Below are positions 1-9,544 of a stretch of 64,000 nucleotides of DNA, in pieces. Source of the DNA: a virus. Lineage: Duplodnaviria; Heunggongvirae; Uroviricota; Caudoviricetes. The position numbers and the translations under genes are program-made. The notes beneath the pieces were generated by a model, which did no database searches, had not been told where the DNA came from, and was given only the letters and a program-made list of their open reading frames with translations. The stretch is taken from the IMG/VR virus record IMGVR_UViG_3300037312_000757; one strand, 5' to 3'. Every line of letters starts with the position of its first letter. Position 1 is the stretch's first letter.

Positions 1-127
1 TGCAGAGCGTGCAACCCCGCAGAGAATACCAATTTTCATGTTTCACTCCAATACATTCAGTATTGTAGCGAACACGAACCATATTACCTAAATTCGTAAA
101 GAAGGCCAGATGGCCTTCTCATCCTGC

Positions 128-820
128 TTAGTAGGGCAGCAAACCTGCAAACTGCACCGCAAGCGTGAGCTGATATGGTGTTTCAAGTTCCTTGAATTCT
201 CGCCATTCATCGGGCGTACAAGCGGGACCATCACCATCAACTTCACCAGTTGCGTCGTCACCAGTGAAATATGGCTTCATCTTGTCGGTCACGTACTCGA
301 GAATATACTCGGGATCAGACCAGTTTTCCTTTTCACGTACACTATCGCCGATCTTCTTGTCGATCGTAGGGCCGTACTCTTCAAAGAAGAAATCAAAGGC
401 CGGGCGCGCCAGCTCAATAACTTCCTGGTGTTGTGCTGGGACCTCAATTTCATACCGCTTGAGACGCTCAGCGAGAGACAGCTCACCGCTGGTTTCTGCT
501 TTCTTAGCACGCCGGCTCGCGCGTTTCGCAGCCTTTTCCGCTGCGATTGCAGCCATCTGGTCCTTGAACGCTTGTTCCTGTCGTGCTCGAACGGATGAAG
601 GGTCATTGATAACGGGTCCTTTCCAACCTTTTCGGTACTTAACCTCTTGATCTTTCTCGAAACGGTCGAACGTATTGTCCGGATACATGACAAAGTGAAC
701 GCCTTGATTCTGGCCCACAGCAGCCACATCGTTACCGTTCACCACCTGTTCTTTGTAAATCTCACCGCCGATTTTCGTAAGGCGGTCGATGCGATCTTGT
801 ACGAGCGAATTAAAGTTCAT
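128..820 (-). CDS. hypothetical protein (230 aa)
   Basis: Long minus-strand ORF in the gene-dense run. Confidence 0.75.
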   Translation of the reverse strand: MNFNSLVQDRIDRLTKIGGEIYKEQVVNGNDVAAVGQNQGVHFVMYPDNTFDRFEKDQEVKYRKGWKGPVINDPSSVRARQEQAFKDQMAAIAAEKAAKRASRRAKKAETSGELSLAERLKRYEIEVPAQHQEVIELARPAFDFFFEEYGPTIDKKIGDSVREKENWSDPEYILEYVTDKMKPYFTGDDATGEVDGDGPACTPDEWREFKELETPYQLTLAVQFAGLLPY

Positions 821-874
821 TGTCTCTTGCTGTGGTGATTCTTGGTTGAGAAAATTATAACGAGTTGCGTTTGC

Positions 875-1321
875 TCAAGCAAACGTTCTTTTACGAGGAA
901 CTGCTAACCACGTACCATCACCGGATTTCCATGGCTTTGCATCTTTTACTCCCCATGCATAATCAATTGCATCTTCATTTACATATTGCATAAACCAGGG
1001 TTCACGTCCACATTCAAGACGCAATTGCGTTTTGATAGTGTGATCTGCCTCAAGCAACCCTTGATGCGTATGCCATCCACGCATCAAGTCCTTGTCGTCT
1101 AGAAGAGTACGCGGGAAGTTTGTCTCGACGAAGTGCAACATGTTCGCAACGATGTCTTGAATCGAATGAGGCCGCTTCAACATGGGGTGTGCGGCTCTGT
1201 ACGCGGTCTCGACGTCTTGAAACATGCATGCTGTGCTGAACGAACCTGGCTGCAATCCTAGAACGATCCACAACGCGAACGAATCGATCAGATCAAGTTG
1301 ATAGATGCGGCGATCAACCAT
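875..1321 (-). CDS. hypothetical protein
   Basis: ORF overlapping upstream stop codon. Confidence 0.7.
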   Translation of the reverse strand: MVDRRIYQLDLIDSFALWIVLGLQPGSFSTACMFQDVETAYRAAHPMLKRPHSIQDIVANMLHFVETNFPRTLLDDKDLMRGWHTHQGLLEADHTIKTQLRLECGREPWFMQYVNEDAIDYAWGVKDAKPWKSGDGTWLAVPRKRTFA

Positions 1322-1544
1322 TTACGTTCACCCGCATGCTTTCGTCCCAGCTAGGGTGGCCAAGGAAGTACCATTCGGCGAGATACCCGTAAGTCTTCAC
1401 GTACTGTTCAGCACGTTGTAAAAGGTTGTCACCGCTGAACAGCGCAAGCCTCAAACCTTTGTAGGTGACAATGAGGACATCGTACGGCTCCTTCGTCTTG
1501 TCATTGACACGTTGTTCAGCAACAAAGTCAAAAAGCGCGTTCAT
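1314..1544 (-). CDS. hypothetical protein
   Basis: GGAGG RBS upstream. Confidence 0.7.
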   Translation of the reverse strand: MNALFDFVAEQRVNDKTKEPYDVLIVTYKGLRLALFSGDNLLQRAEQYVKTYGYLAEWYFLGHPSWDESMRVNVNG

Positions 1545-1598
1545 AACATCCTCCTGTAAAAACCAAATGATACGAAATGGTCTTCAGTTAGTCAATGC

Positions 1599-1997
1599 TT
1601 AACGATAAGCGTAGGTGATTTCTGTCTTGCCATGCGGTGCCGGCTTGCCATCTTCGCCCAAGTTAACAAACACAATCTTATCAATTGATAGAATGGTCTG
1701 CTTGGTCATTTTGTTGCGAACCTCACAACGCATTGTGATCGATGTGCGACCAAAATGGGTTGCCACAATGCCAAGTTCGATAATGTCACCCTGTTTCGCG
1801 CTGCTGATAAAGTTGATTTCTGACATCAACTTGGTAACGATCTTTTGATTCTGCAGCTGAATCATGGCATAGACTGCTGCTTCTTCATCAATCCACGCAA
1901 GCAAACGACCACCGAAGAGTGAACCATTTGGATTCAAGTCTTCGGGTTTTACCCACTTGCGGGTGTGAAAGTTCATCGGGTTGGTTACTTCGATCAT
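1599..1997 (-). CDS. acyl-CoA thioesterase (hotdog fold, YciA-like)
   Basis: VKPEDLNPNGSLFGGRLLAWIDEEA hotdog motif. Confidence 0.88.
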   Translation of the reverse strand: MIEVTNPMNFHTRKWVKPEDLNPNGSLFGGRLLAWIDEEAAVYAMIQLQNQKIVTKLMSEINFISSAKQGDIIELGIVATHFGRTSITMRCEVRNKMTKQTILSIDKIVFVNLGEDGKPAPHGKTEITYAYR

Positions 1998-2001
1998 TTT
2001 C

Positions 2002-2436
2002 TTACCAGTCGAACGTAAAGCTGGCGATGTTATCAGCCAGAATTTCTTCCTTCAGAGCTTCGACAACCTCAGGTGTGTCTTCAAACTTTTCGGTGAACAT
2101 GTATGCCGCATCTTCACCTTCAGCAATAGCATTGAAATCTTCTTCGAGGTTTTCGACGAATTCGATCAAGTCGACTTCCTGGTGACGTTCACAACTATAG
2201 TCAGTATACCAGTTGAAATCACGGCCCAGAATTTTCGAATCCCACACATAACTCTGGTGTCCCTTCAAATCACTTGGCGCCTTGATGAACATATCCCAAC
2301 GATCATCAAGTGGAATGCTTTTGTCCGACATGATTTTCTTGAAGTCAACTCGCAACTGGTTCGCACGCTCTTTCAGTTTGCGGGATTCTTCTTGCATCTG
2401 ATCAATTGCCAGCTTGAGGTCAGCGATGTTTGCCAT
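2002..2436 (-). CDS. hypothetical protein
   Basis: ORF in operon-like run. Confidence 0.7.
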   Translation of the reverse strand: MANIADLKLAIDQMQEESRKLKERANQLRVDFKKIMSDKSIPLDDRWDMFIKAPSDLKGHQSYVWDSKILGRDFNWYTDYSCERHQEVDLIEFVENLEEDFNAIAEGEDAAYMFTEKFEDTPEVVEALKEEILADNIASFTFDW

Positions 2437-2504
2437 CTTATTGTTTTTATTATGGGCTAAAAAGGGAAGCCAATTGTGCTTTACAACTGGCTTCCAAGCA
2501 ACAC

Positions 2505-4085
2505 TTAGTTGGCTTTATTCAGCAAGAACTGAACGATCAGTGGAACAGGACGGCCAGTCGCAGCCTTGTTCTTACCACCAGTCGAAGCAGTACCAGCGAT
2601 GTCGAGGTGTGCCCAAACAGTGCCATCTTCGACGAAGCGACCCAGGAAGCAAGCAGCAGACGAACTACCACCATCGCGCCCACCGACGTTTGCTACGTCA
2701 GCATGATTCGTTGACAGCATGTCATCGTATTCCTTGTCCATCGGCATGCGCCACACTGTGTCCATTGCACCGTAGCCAGCGGCAATGAGATCTTTTGCCA
2801 GTGTGTCGTCCTTCGTGAACAGACCGCTATGCACTTCACCCAATGACACACAGATAGCACCAGTCAATGTTGCCATATCGATGATCAGTTCTGGTTTGAC
2901 GAGCAGGTTCTTTTGTGCGAATGTCAACGCGTCACAGAGAATCAAGCGACCTTCAGCGTCGGTGTTGTTGTTTTCGATCGTGATACCTGACATTGACGTA
3001 ACGATGTCGCCTGGCTTGACCGCATTGCCTGATGGCATGTTCTCGCAAGCAGGGATGATGCCGATCACGTTCTTCTTCAAGCCGATCTGTTGGATCGCCT
3101 TGATCGCACCCAGAACTGTACCAGCACCTAGCATGTCGTACTTCATTTCGTTCATGCCAGAAGATGGCTTGATCGAGATACCACCTGTGTCAAACGTGAT
3201 GCCTTTACCAACTAGCACAATTGGAGCTTCCATGCTGGCGTTAGGACCAATTGCTGAATCTTCCGCACCGCAGTATTGAATGACAATGAACTTAGGTTCT
3301 TGAACTGAACCTTGCGCAACGGAGAGGAACGAATTCATACCGAGCGACTTGATCTGTTCAAGACCCAGAACATTGACTGATGTCATAGGCTTACCAATAA
3401 CGTTCGTGTCAAGCTTCAGCGCTTCGTTTGCCAACCAAGTTGGTGTACACACATTAGCAGGCGTGTTGCCCAGATCTTTGGTGAATGCCATCCCAGCAGC
3501 AATTGCTTCACCAGTGTTCACTGCATCTTGCGCAAACGTGATGCTTTCGTCACCGTGAACCGTGACCGTAATGGATGCCGGGAAGTCAACCGGCTCAGCC
3601 TTGCTCTTGAATGCGTTGAACGAATACTGTGCGACGCGGAGCTTCATGGTAAGCTCACGAAGAGCATCGAGCGCACTTCCGTACTGGGTGTTGACTTGCT
3701 CAACCAAACGCACCAGAACGCTGGCAAACTTGCGGCCTTTGATAATTGAAGCAACTGCTTCTGCTGCCTTGTTGAACGCATGGCGATCGAACTTGGCTTG
3801 CTTGCCCAGACCGATCAATGCGATGCGAACGGCTCCCGAATCTTCCGTGTATGTGGTGCGCGGCTTGGTGTAGAACTCCGTGAACGTATTGCCCAGCTTG
3901 GGGGAGAAGTCACCATCAGCAATACGCTTGGCAATGAATCCGTTCAGTTCGAAATTGTACCGATAAGCAATGTCACCCATTTCTTCGTCATCGAACACAC
4001 CGATGACTACCATGTCTTCAACAGTCGCAGCGTCGTATGCGGGCTCCAGAACTACTTTGATATCCATATTGTTTTTATGATCCAA
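2505..4085 (-). CDS. pepA: M17 leucyl aminopeptidase
   Basis: VGKGITFDTGGISIKP, MKYDM and NTDAEGRL metal-binding motifs. Confidence 0.95.
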   Translation of the reverse strand: MDHKNNMDIKVVLEPAYDAATVEDMVVIGVFDDEEMGDIAYRYNFELNGFIAKRIADGDFSPKLGNTFTEFYTKPRTTYTEDSGAVRIALIGLGKQAKFDRHAFNKAAEAVASIIKGRKFASVLVRLVEQVNTQYGSALDALRELTMKLRVAQYSFNAFKSKAEPVDFPASITVTVHGDESITFAQDAVNTGEAIAAGMAFTKDLGNTPANVCTPTWLANEALKLDTNVIGKPMTSVNVLGLEQIKSLGMNSFLSVAQGSVQEPKFIVIQYCGAEDSAIGPNASMEAPIVLVGKGITFDTGGISIKPSSGMNEMKYDMLGAGTVLGAIKAIQQIGLKKNVIGIIPACENMPSGNAVKPGDIVTSMSGITIENNNTDAEGRLILCDALTFAQKNLLVKPELIIDMATLTGAICVSLGEVHSGLFTKDDTLAKDLIAAGYGAMDTVWRMPMDKEYDDMLSTNHADVANVGGRDGGSSSAACFLGRFVEDGTVWAHLDIAGTASTGGKNKAATGRPVPLIVQFLLNKAN

Positions 4086-4162
4086 ATGAAAAGGACCGCA
4101 TAGCGGTCCGAGAAATGAAACAGCTACCTTGCCAATTATACAACAAATGGCAAGGTTATGCG

Positions 4163-4561
4163 TTATGCGGAAGTGTGCGTTGTGGCGGGGATAACAACAG
4201 ACTCGAACGTGGTAACGATTTCGCCGTCAGCGTTGATGCCATACACTGGAATCTTCAACGCGCCTGCTGACTCGATCTCGTGCGTGACGCCTGTCGACTT
4301 GTCCCAGCCATCGAGCTCGAGAATAAACAGCGCGTCACTGCGTTCGAGCAGCTCGAGGCTGTAGTTCCTCCAGTATTCCCAGTCACCAGGCAAGTCGCAA
4401 TACTTGAGCATGAAATGCTTGTAAAGCGGCGACACAGTGCTGAACCCCTTCTTGATCAATACGGAATCGGTTCGACAAAACTGTTCCATTCGTTCTTCGA
4501 TCACACGCGGATCAGGGTCACTGTACGGCGCAGCGAGATACACAACCTTTCTTTCAAACAT
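4163..4561 (-). CDS. DUF1937 / nucleoside 2-deoxyribosyltransferase-like protein
   Basis: YLAAPYS start, GWDKSTGVTHEI motif. Confidence 0.65.
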   Translation of the reverse strand: MFERKVVYLAAPYSDPDPRVIEERMEQFCRTDSVLIKKGFSTVSPLYKHFMLKYCDLPGDWEYWRNYSLELLERSDALFILELDGWDKSTGVTHEIESAGALKIPVYGINADGEIVTTFESVVIPATTHTSA

Positions 4562-4572
4562 TGTCGTCTCCC

Positions 4573-4926
4573 TTAGAACGAATTACCCATCCGCTTCAAC
4601 TCTTCACTTTCGATTTCATCACGTATTTCAAAATACTTGCGAGTCCACTCTTCATCACCACGTTTGAATCCAAGGCTATTAACGTCGCAAGTATGCAACG
4701 TGCATATCGGTCGCAAATGCGGTTCCGCCGTGCAGCCATTTGGGCCCATCAACGGTAGCTTGGGATGGTCAGTGCGTTCGAGTGTTACTCCCCATTTGTC
4801 CTGCGCATACATGATTGTTGCTTCACAGTATTCGCCTGAGCAGCACGAATGAGGACAACGGCAGTTGGCACACTCGTCCTTCGTGTGCTCGTACATCGAA
4901 CGATACAAACGAATCAGGTGTTCCAT
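4573..4926 (-). CDS. Cys-rich hypothetical protein
   Basis: CxxCxCxxSCC pattern; start moved downstream of the tRNA. Confidence 0.65.
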   Translation of the reverse strand: MEHLIRLYRSMYEHTKDECANCRCPHSCCSGEYCEATIMYAQDKWGVTLERTDHPKLPLMGPNGCTAEPHLRPICTLHTCDVNSLGFKRGDEEWTRKYFEIRDEIESEELKRMGNSF

Positions 4927-4941
4927 CTCTACCTCAGAAAG

Positions 4942-5018
4942 TGGTGCGCCGTGAGGGATTCGAACCCCCGACACCAGGCTTAGAAGACCCGTACTCTAAT
5001 CCGCTGAGCTAACGGCGC
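4942..5018 (-). tRNA. tRNA-Arg(TCT)
   Basis: Cloverleaf, loop CTTCTAA, CCA encoded. Confidence 0.92.
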
Positions 5019-5047
5019 ATATCGCATACGATAACACCATTTGAACA

Positions 5048-5260
5048 TTAAATCAGCACGCCTTCACACGAATCGATCGTGACATAGAACGACACATCAT
5101 GAGGCCTGGACTGCGACTCGTAATGCACCATCACCTTTGTCATCGCTTCATCCGCGTCTTCAGCAAGCACCAAACGCCGCAGCTTATCGTGCTCAGGGTC
5201 ACTCATATAATGCACCGTTTGCAGCGTGAACTCGACCAGGAATAGGTTGGCGACTTCCAT
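5048..5260 (-). CDS. hypothetical protein
   Basis: TGATG coupling to upstream ORF. Confidence 0.6.
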   Translation of the reverse strand: MEVANLFLVEFTLQTVHYMSDPEHDKLRRLVLAEDADEAMTKVMVHYESQSRPHDVSFYVTIDSCEGVLI

Positions 5261-5574
5261 CAGAACGTCACCCATCGCGCTTCCTGCTCACGCTCTTCGT
5301 CCGACGCATCTTCAGGGTGAAAGAAAAGCGGCATACCTTTCGCCATCATGTGGTGGTTGATGACCGCCTGCATCTCTTCCCCATTCCGGTGCATCGCTTG
5401 GTGAATACGCGCCAACGAGTCAGGACAGAACACGACTGGTTTTACCTCGTCTAGGTCTTCGATATACACATCCTGACCAACAACCTTCACGTCGATCTGT
5501 TCGGTATGAGTATCGCGTATGATGGTGAGACCTTCCAGAACAATGACCGGCAAAACTTCTTCGATATGAAACAT
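5260..5574 (-). CDS. hypothetical protein
   Basis: ORF with RBS. Confidence 0.65.
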   Translation of the reverse strand: MFHIEEVLPVIVLEGLTIIRDTHTEQIDVKVVGQDVYIEDLDEVKPVVFCPDSLARIHQAMHRNGEEMQAVINHHMMAKGMPLFFHPEDASDEEREQEARWVTF

Positions 5575-5617
5575 ATGCCCTCCGGATGTCTAATTCTTAT
5601 ACAGCAAAAAGCGTGCT

Positions 5618-5944
5618 TTACAGTTTCGTAAGCAGCTTGAGCAGCAATGGTGATCCCTTCGGATTGTCTAGTTCTTTGGGTTCTCCCTGGCCGCCGACCA
5701 GGTTGTTGAACGTTTGCACGACAAACATGTCGTGCAAACTTGGACAATACGAGTCCAGAATGAGAACGTCTTCGAACTTGCTCGATGCTGGCAATTCGTT
5801 ATGCAGCTTTAACAACTGTCGATGGAGATTAACATCAGCCATCGACCCCGAATTGTCAGGAAGAATGCAATACAGATTCCGATCACGTTCAACACTTGAC
5901 AACGACGGTAATACCAAATCCAGTGTTCGCTTCGTGTCCATCAC
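5618..5944 (-). CDS. hypothetical protein
   Basis: ORF behind palindromic promoter. Confidence 0.65.
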   Translation of the reverse strand: MMDTKRTLDLVLPSLSSVERDRNLYCILPDNSGSMADVNLHRQLLKLHNELPASSKFEDVLILDSYCPSLHDMFVVQTFNNLVGGQGEPKELDNPKGSPLLLKLLTKL

Positions 5945-6002
5945 AACCCCCTTCGTCTACCATAACCAAATGGTACACTCATCTGGCTACGGAAACAAGC
6001 AC

Positions 6003-6188
6003 TTACAAGAAACCATCAGCCAACGCCTTGATACGAAAACACTCATCACGAAACGCTTCCAGTGCAGGAGTCATCAACTCACCCTCCGCCTCCAAATGCA
6101 CGTCAAACGCACGAAGACAACGACAATGCATCAGGTAATCATTCTCTTCTACCATCATCCCTCCTGCCCAATCTGCAACCCATGGCAA
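6003..6188 (-). CDS. hypothetical protein
   Basis: Short ORF, start uncertain. Confidence 0.5.
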   Translation of the reverse strand: MPWVADWAGGMMVEENDYLMHCRCLRAFDVHLEAEGELMTPALEAFRDECFRIKALADGFL

Positions 6189-6346
6189 AACGCCATGAAC
6201 ATGTACTCCGTCACACCAGGCAGACGCTTCTCCAACATAGCAATGTACGCAGGAGTAAACTCAATATCGAACTTCTCCTTTGCCTCAATGTGCGAATACT
6301 TCCCGACACGGTACGGTTCCTCTTGATCGTCCGCTATGTCACTCAT
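6155..6346 (-). CDS. hypothetical protein
   Basis: Short ORF downstream of triplicated element. Confidence 0.6.
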   Translation of the reverse strand: MSDIADDQEEPYRVGKYSHIEAKEKFDIEFTPAYIAMLEKRLPGVTEYMFMAFCHGLQIGQEG

Positions 6347-6393
6347 ACTCCTCTTCCCCTAAAGTCAATCAGTCTAGTATCTATTCCAGATAA

Positions 6394-6497
6394 CATTGTT
6401 CATTGAACAATTCATGGAGGTTATTAAGTATATCTAATGATAGCCATTAATCAATAGACTGATACTACCAAACCCAGGCAGAACTCTTCAAACTTGG
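6394..6497. repeat. triplicated ~100-bp intergenic element, copy 1
   Basis: ATTCATGGAGGTTA..TATCTAATGA..ATCAATAG..CAAACCCAGG shared with 50263 and 54165. Confidence 0.85.
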
Positions 6498-6767
6498 CTA
6501 CCGCTTTACGATGACTTGGTAGTTACCATCCGGCAGATCGCCAGTGTAATCGAGGTATGTGTTCACCATGCTGTCGGCTCCGCGGAAGCGTTCCACGGTC
6601 AATGTACCGACTTCGTTCTTCACGTCGAATGTCTCTTCGATCAACTCCATCGCGTCGATTGCAATGTCGGCACGTTCACCCCAATCAATCTCACCGGGCT
6701 GGCTAATCGCCTTCTGCCAGCGTGCAATCAATGCTTCGGCGCGTTGCTGCCGGGTTGGTTCGCTCAT
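6498..6767 (-). CDS. hypothetical protein
   Basis: AGGAG RBS, early-type promoter. Confidence 0.65.
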   Translation of the reverse strand: MSEPTRQQRAEALIARWQKAISQPGEIDWGERADIAIDAMELIEETFDVKNEVGTLTVERFRGADSMVNTYLDYTGDLPDGNYQVIVKR

Positions 6768-6791
6768 CTGCTTGCTCCTGTTGTTTACTGT

Positions 6792-6826
6792 ATTCAAATG
6801 ATAATTTCATTTGAATGGAGAAGCAA
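6792..6826 (-). promoter_or_regulatory. sigma70-like promoter with palindrome over -10
   Basis: TTGCTT-N17-TATCAT; ATTCAAATGA-N5-TCATTTGAAT inverted repeat. Confidence 0.75.
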
Positions 6827-6841
6827 GCACGGAATGAACGA

Positions 6842-6863
6842 AGGCGCCACTAAGTGGCGCCTT
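6842..6863 (-). terminator. intrinsic terminator hairpin
   Basis: aggcgccac-taa-gtggcgcct. Confidence 0.6.
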
Positions 6864-6876
6864 GCTTGCGTAACGC

Positions 6877-7254
6877 TTACGCGTTAGCTTTGAGAAACGT
6901 GATGATCTCGGCGATGATCTTCTTTTGCTCGTCGATTTCGACAAGTAAATCATCGTTCATGTATGCTTCTCGGTCCATCTTTACGATAAGATGTTTGCCT
7001 TGGAAACGCTTCATCACATCGTAAAGCGCAAAGATTGACTTGCTGTCACCATACCAGCGGCACGTACCACGCTTACCCGTACCATGCCAGCCATCGATGG
7101 AATACACAACTACGCCGTGTTTCTCGAAGTCCGTCTGGTACATTGCCGACGCAATTGAAGTCTTCTGCTTGTAGCCCTTCGACTTCATCAGCGCCAGGAT
7201 CTCCTTGCGACCAGCTTCGACAACTTCGTTCACTGCGGCGATTTGTGCATTCAT
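6877..7254 (-). CDS. hypothetical protein
   Basis: AGGAG RBS and promoter upstream. Confidence 0.7.
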   Translation of the reverse strand: MNAQIAAVNEVVEAGRKEILALMKSKGYKQKTSIASAMYQTDFEKHGVVVYSIDGWHGTGKRGTCRWYGDSKSIFALYDVMKRFQGKHLIVKMDREAYMNDDLLVEIDEQKKIIAEIITFLKANA

Positions 7255-7320
7255 TGTCTGCTCCTTGCTGTTGTCTACCATGTATCACATTCTACATTCA
7301 TTTGGTAGCCAGTCAAGCCG

Positions 7321-7425
7321 TTATTCGTTTGAAAACGTTCCTATTTTTGCCATCAGCATGACTACGCCGAACACGGCGACGATGACGATAGCGAAGATAC
7401 CGATGATTTGCAGGACGGGATGCAT
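7321..7425 (-). CDS. small membrane peptide (34 aa)
   Basis: MHPVLQIIGIFAIVIVAVFGVVMLMAKIGTFSNE, GGAG RBS. Confidence 0.5.
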   Translation of the reverse strand: MHPVLQIIGIFAIVIVAVFGVVMLMAKIGTFSNE

Positions 7426-7460
7426 TTGGTCTCCTTATGTCTAGTGACCAAATATTAGAC

Positions 7461-7664
7461 TCATCTAAGGGGAAAATCACCTAAAGATGGCAACCCTCTG
7501 CTTGTACGTTGGTGATATTCTTGCAGTTCAGGCTCGGTGTCAAACAAACGCTCTTTGACACCATCCGTCAGCACGTAACGGTAACCCAAGCGTTTGTCCT
7601 TGAAGCGATAAACTGAAGAAGAACCAACTTTGTAGAGAAACTCGCGTTGATGATTCACAGACAC
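7461..7664 (-). CDS. hypothetical protein
   Basis: AGGAGG RBS. Confidence 0.6.
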   Translation of the reverse strand: MSVNHQREFLYKVGSSSVYRFKDKRLGYRYVLTDGVKERLFDTEPELQEYHQRTSRGLPSLGDFPLR

Positions 7665-7804
7665 ACCTCCTGATTAACACGGTAGCTTCATGTGAATGTG
7701 AAGTCAAACGTCTTCGTCGTACGGCATACCGGGAACACAGCAGAAATCAAGCAGAGCTATGATCGAAACAACAACGATGATGCATACTGCTATGATGAAT
7801 GCTC

Positions 7805-8002
7805 TCATTGGTTGGTAACTGGAAAGATGTCAGGATGAGCACGTCGCGCAAGACGTGCCATTACTTGCCGCTGCAAGATGTGAATGTGGTGCGCGAATTC
7901 ATCACGGTCGTTTGGATGACTGTTTGATAAAGCCACAAACGCATTAAAAGCATCAGCAAGCTTCTCGACTACCGTGATCTCGTCTGGAGTCATCTCAGAC
8001 AT
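7805..8002 (-). CDS. hypothetical protein
   Basis: Short ORF. Confidence 0.6.
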   Translation of the reverse strand: MSEMTPDEITVVEKLADAFNAFVALSNSHPNDRDEFAHHIHILQRQVMARLARRAHPDIFPVTNQ

Positions 8003-8116
8003 GAAGAGCTGCCTTTACAATGTCCAGGAACTCATGCATCACAAAACCAATTTGCGACACAAAAAGGTAGATGAACGAACCCAGTAACAACCAGCCTAAA
8101 ATTGCTCGTTTGTTCA

Positions 8117-8473
8117 TTACCAACTCACCAGTAAGTAACTACCCTTGCTGTTAGCATGAGTGTAATAAACCACCTTCGCACCAAGATTCAACTCATGAAG
8201 ACGTGTGATGATTTTCTCTTGCATGGGAGTCAACCCATCGTCATTGTTGAGTTGATCGAAGCCAAATAGATAACATTTGGTATACGAAATCTGATCCTTC
8301 ATTCGTACAAACGCACGTTTCAAAATCTGATTTACGACTTCTTCTACCGCATTGTCTTTCTGACTTGCCAGTCTCTGCGCATAGTGTTCATTGTCTGCAC
8401 GAATAGCATTCGCTTTATGCACAGCATAAGTTTCGCTGAATACTGAACAGAATTTCGACCAAATATTCATCAC
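8117..8473 (-). CDS. hypothetical protein, paralog of 8470-8829
   Basis: LTPxQ.xII.RL..L.L.A.V..YL.VSW shared. Confidence 0.7.
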   Translation of the reverse strand: MMNIWSKFCSVFSETYAVHKANAIRADNEHYAQRLASQKDNAVEEVVNQILKRAFVRMKDQISYTKCYLFGFDQLNNDDGLTPMQEKIITRLHELNLGAKVVYYTHANSKGSYLLVSW

Positions 8474-8829
8474 CAGCTCACCACCAGATACCGTTCATCA
8501 TAGCTTTTCGATCGCGACCAATATTTCTTGGGCACATCCTTGACTTCAGCTTTTAGATCAAGTGCTTCAAGCCGCTCGATGATTCTTTTCTGGGCTGGCG
8601 TCAGCTCAGCTTGATACACATTGAAACCGTACGATTGCGTCCTGAAACTCGTATGACCTTTTGATTTCTCGACGTTTGCGGTACGCAACAGACTTAGTAC
8701 CGCGTTGTCGACTGTATCAGTGTTCTTCAACATGCCAGCAAGACGATTGATACGATCTTCGACAGGCATTGCCGGATCGATCCCTTCTTCAGGGTCTGGT
8801 GCGTGATTGAAAAAGTCAAAGATGGACAT
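8470..8829 (-). CDS. hypothetical protein, paralog of 8117-8473
   Basis: ATGA coupling, shared C-terminus. Confidence 0.7.
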   Translation of the reverse strand: MSIFDFFNHAPDPEEGIDPAMPVEDRINRLAGMLKNTDTVDNAVLSLLRTANVEKSKGHTSFRTQSYGFNVYQAELTPAQKRIIERLEALDLKAEVKDVPKKYWSRSKSYDERYLVVSW

Positions 8830-9323
8830 TATTTCCTCAGTGTTAATGCGTAGGGTTGCCATTCATGGTCGATCCATTCGTAACGTTCGAGTGGCCCATG
8901 CTTGACGAAACCAACTTTCTGGAAGAACGGTTCGACGATGGTGCGACCATACTCTGTGTGCGGAACCAGTTCGATCAATCGATTACGATCTGGGAAACGT
9001 TTCGAGCATTCGTCACGAACAAGCAACTCAAGTGCTTGACGTGCAACACCACCTTTGCGCAATCCGGGAACGACGCCAGTCCATCGCAAGTAAACGTCTG
9101 TGGGTCTTTCACCAAGACCGTCTTCCGGGTGGTCGTCACTCAAAAACAAACCAGTCGTACCGACTACTTGATCATCGAGAACGATCAAGTACACTTCACC
9201 TGTATGCGAATCTTCGGCTGATGCTTCGTGTGCAAACGTGTTGTACGGTTCCGGCCAGATCGTCTGGAGTTGCGGATACAGATCAAATGGACTGCCTTCC
9301 GCCGTTACTAGCTTGATGTTCAT
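8829..9323 (-). CDS. GNAT-family N-acetyltransferase
   Basis: LRWTGVVPGLRKGGVARQAL motif A; FFQKVGF. Confidence 0.75.
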   Translation of the reverse strand: MNIKLVTAEGSPFDLYPQLQTIWPEPYNTFAHEASAEDSHTGEVYLIVLDDQVVGTTGLFLSDDHPEDGLGERPTDVYLRWTGVVPGLRKGGVARQALELLVRDECSKRFPDRNRLIELVPHTEYGRTIVEPFFQKVGFVKHGPLERYEWIDHEWQPYALTLRK

Positions 9324-9544
9324 CGTTGTTCTTTAAGTGAAAGATATTGCCGTGCTACCCAATGCATGTTGTAGAAATCATCGTCAGCAAACATTCTCAC
9401 CATATGATCGAATTTGGCTTGCCCGTAATCAGGGTCACTGTATTCTGGGTATCTATTGAATACCTCTCTCAACTCTGCTTCGAGTTGTTCCAGCGTCTTA
9501 CCTTCTATGCGGGCGTAGTTTCTATTGCCGTAGTCGGGAGTCAT
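9320..9544 (-). CDS. hypothetical protein
   Basis: ATGA coupling. Confidence 0.6.
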   Translation of the reverse strand: MTPDYGNRNYARIEGKTLEQLEAELREVFNRYPEYSDPDYGQAKFDHMVRMFADDDFYNMHWVARQYLSLKEQR

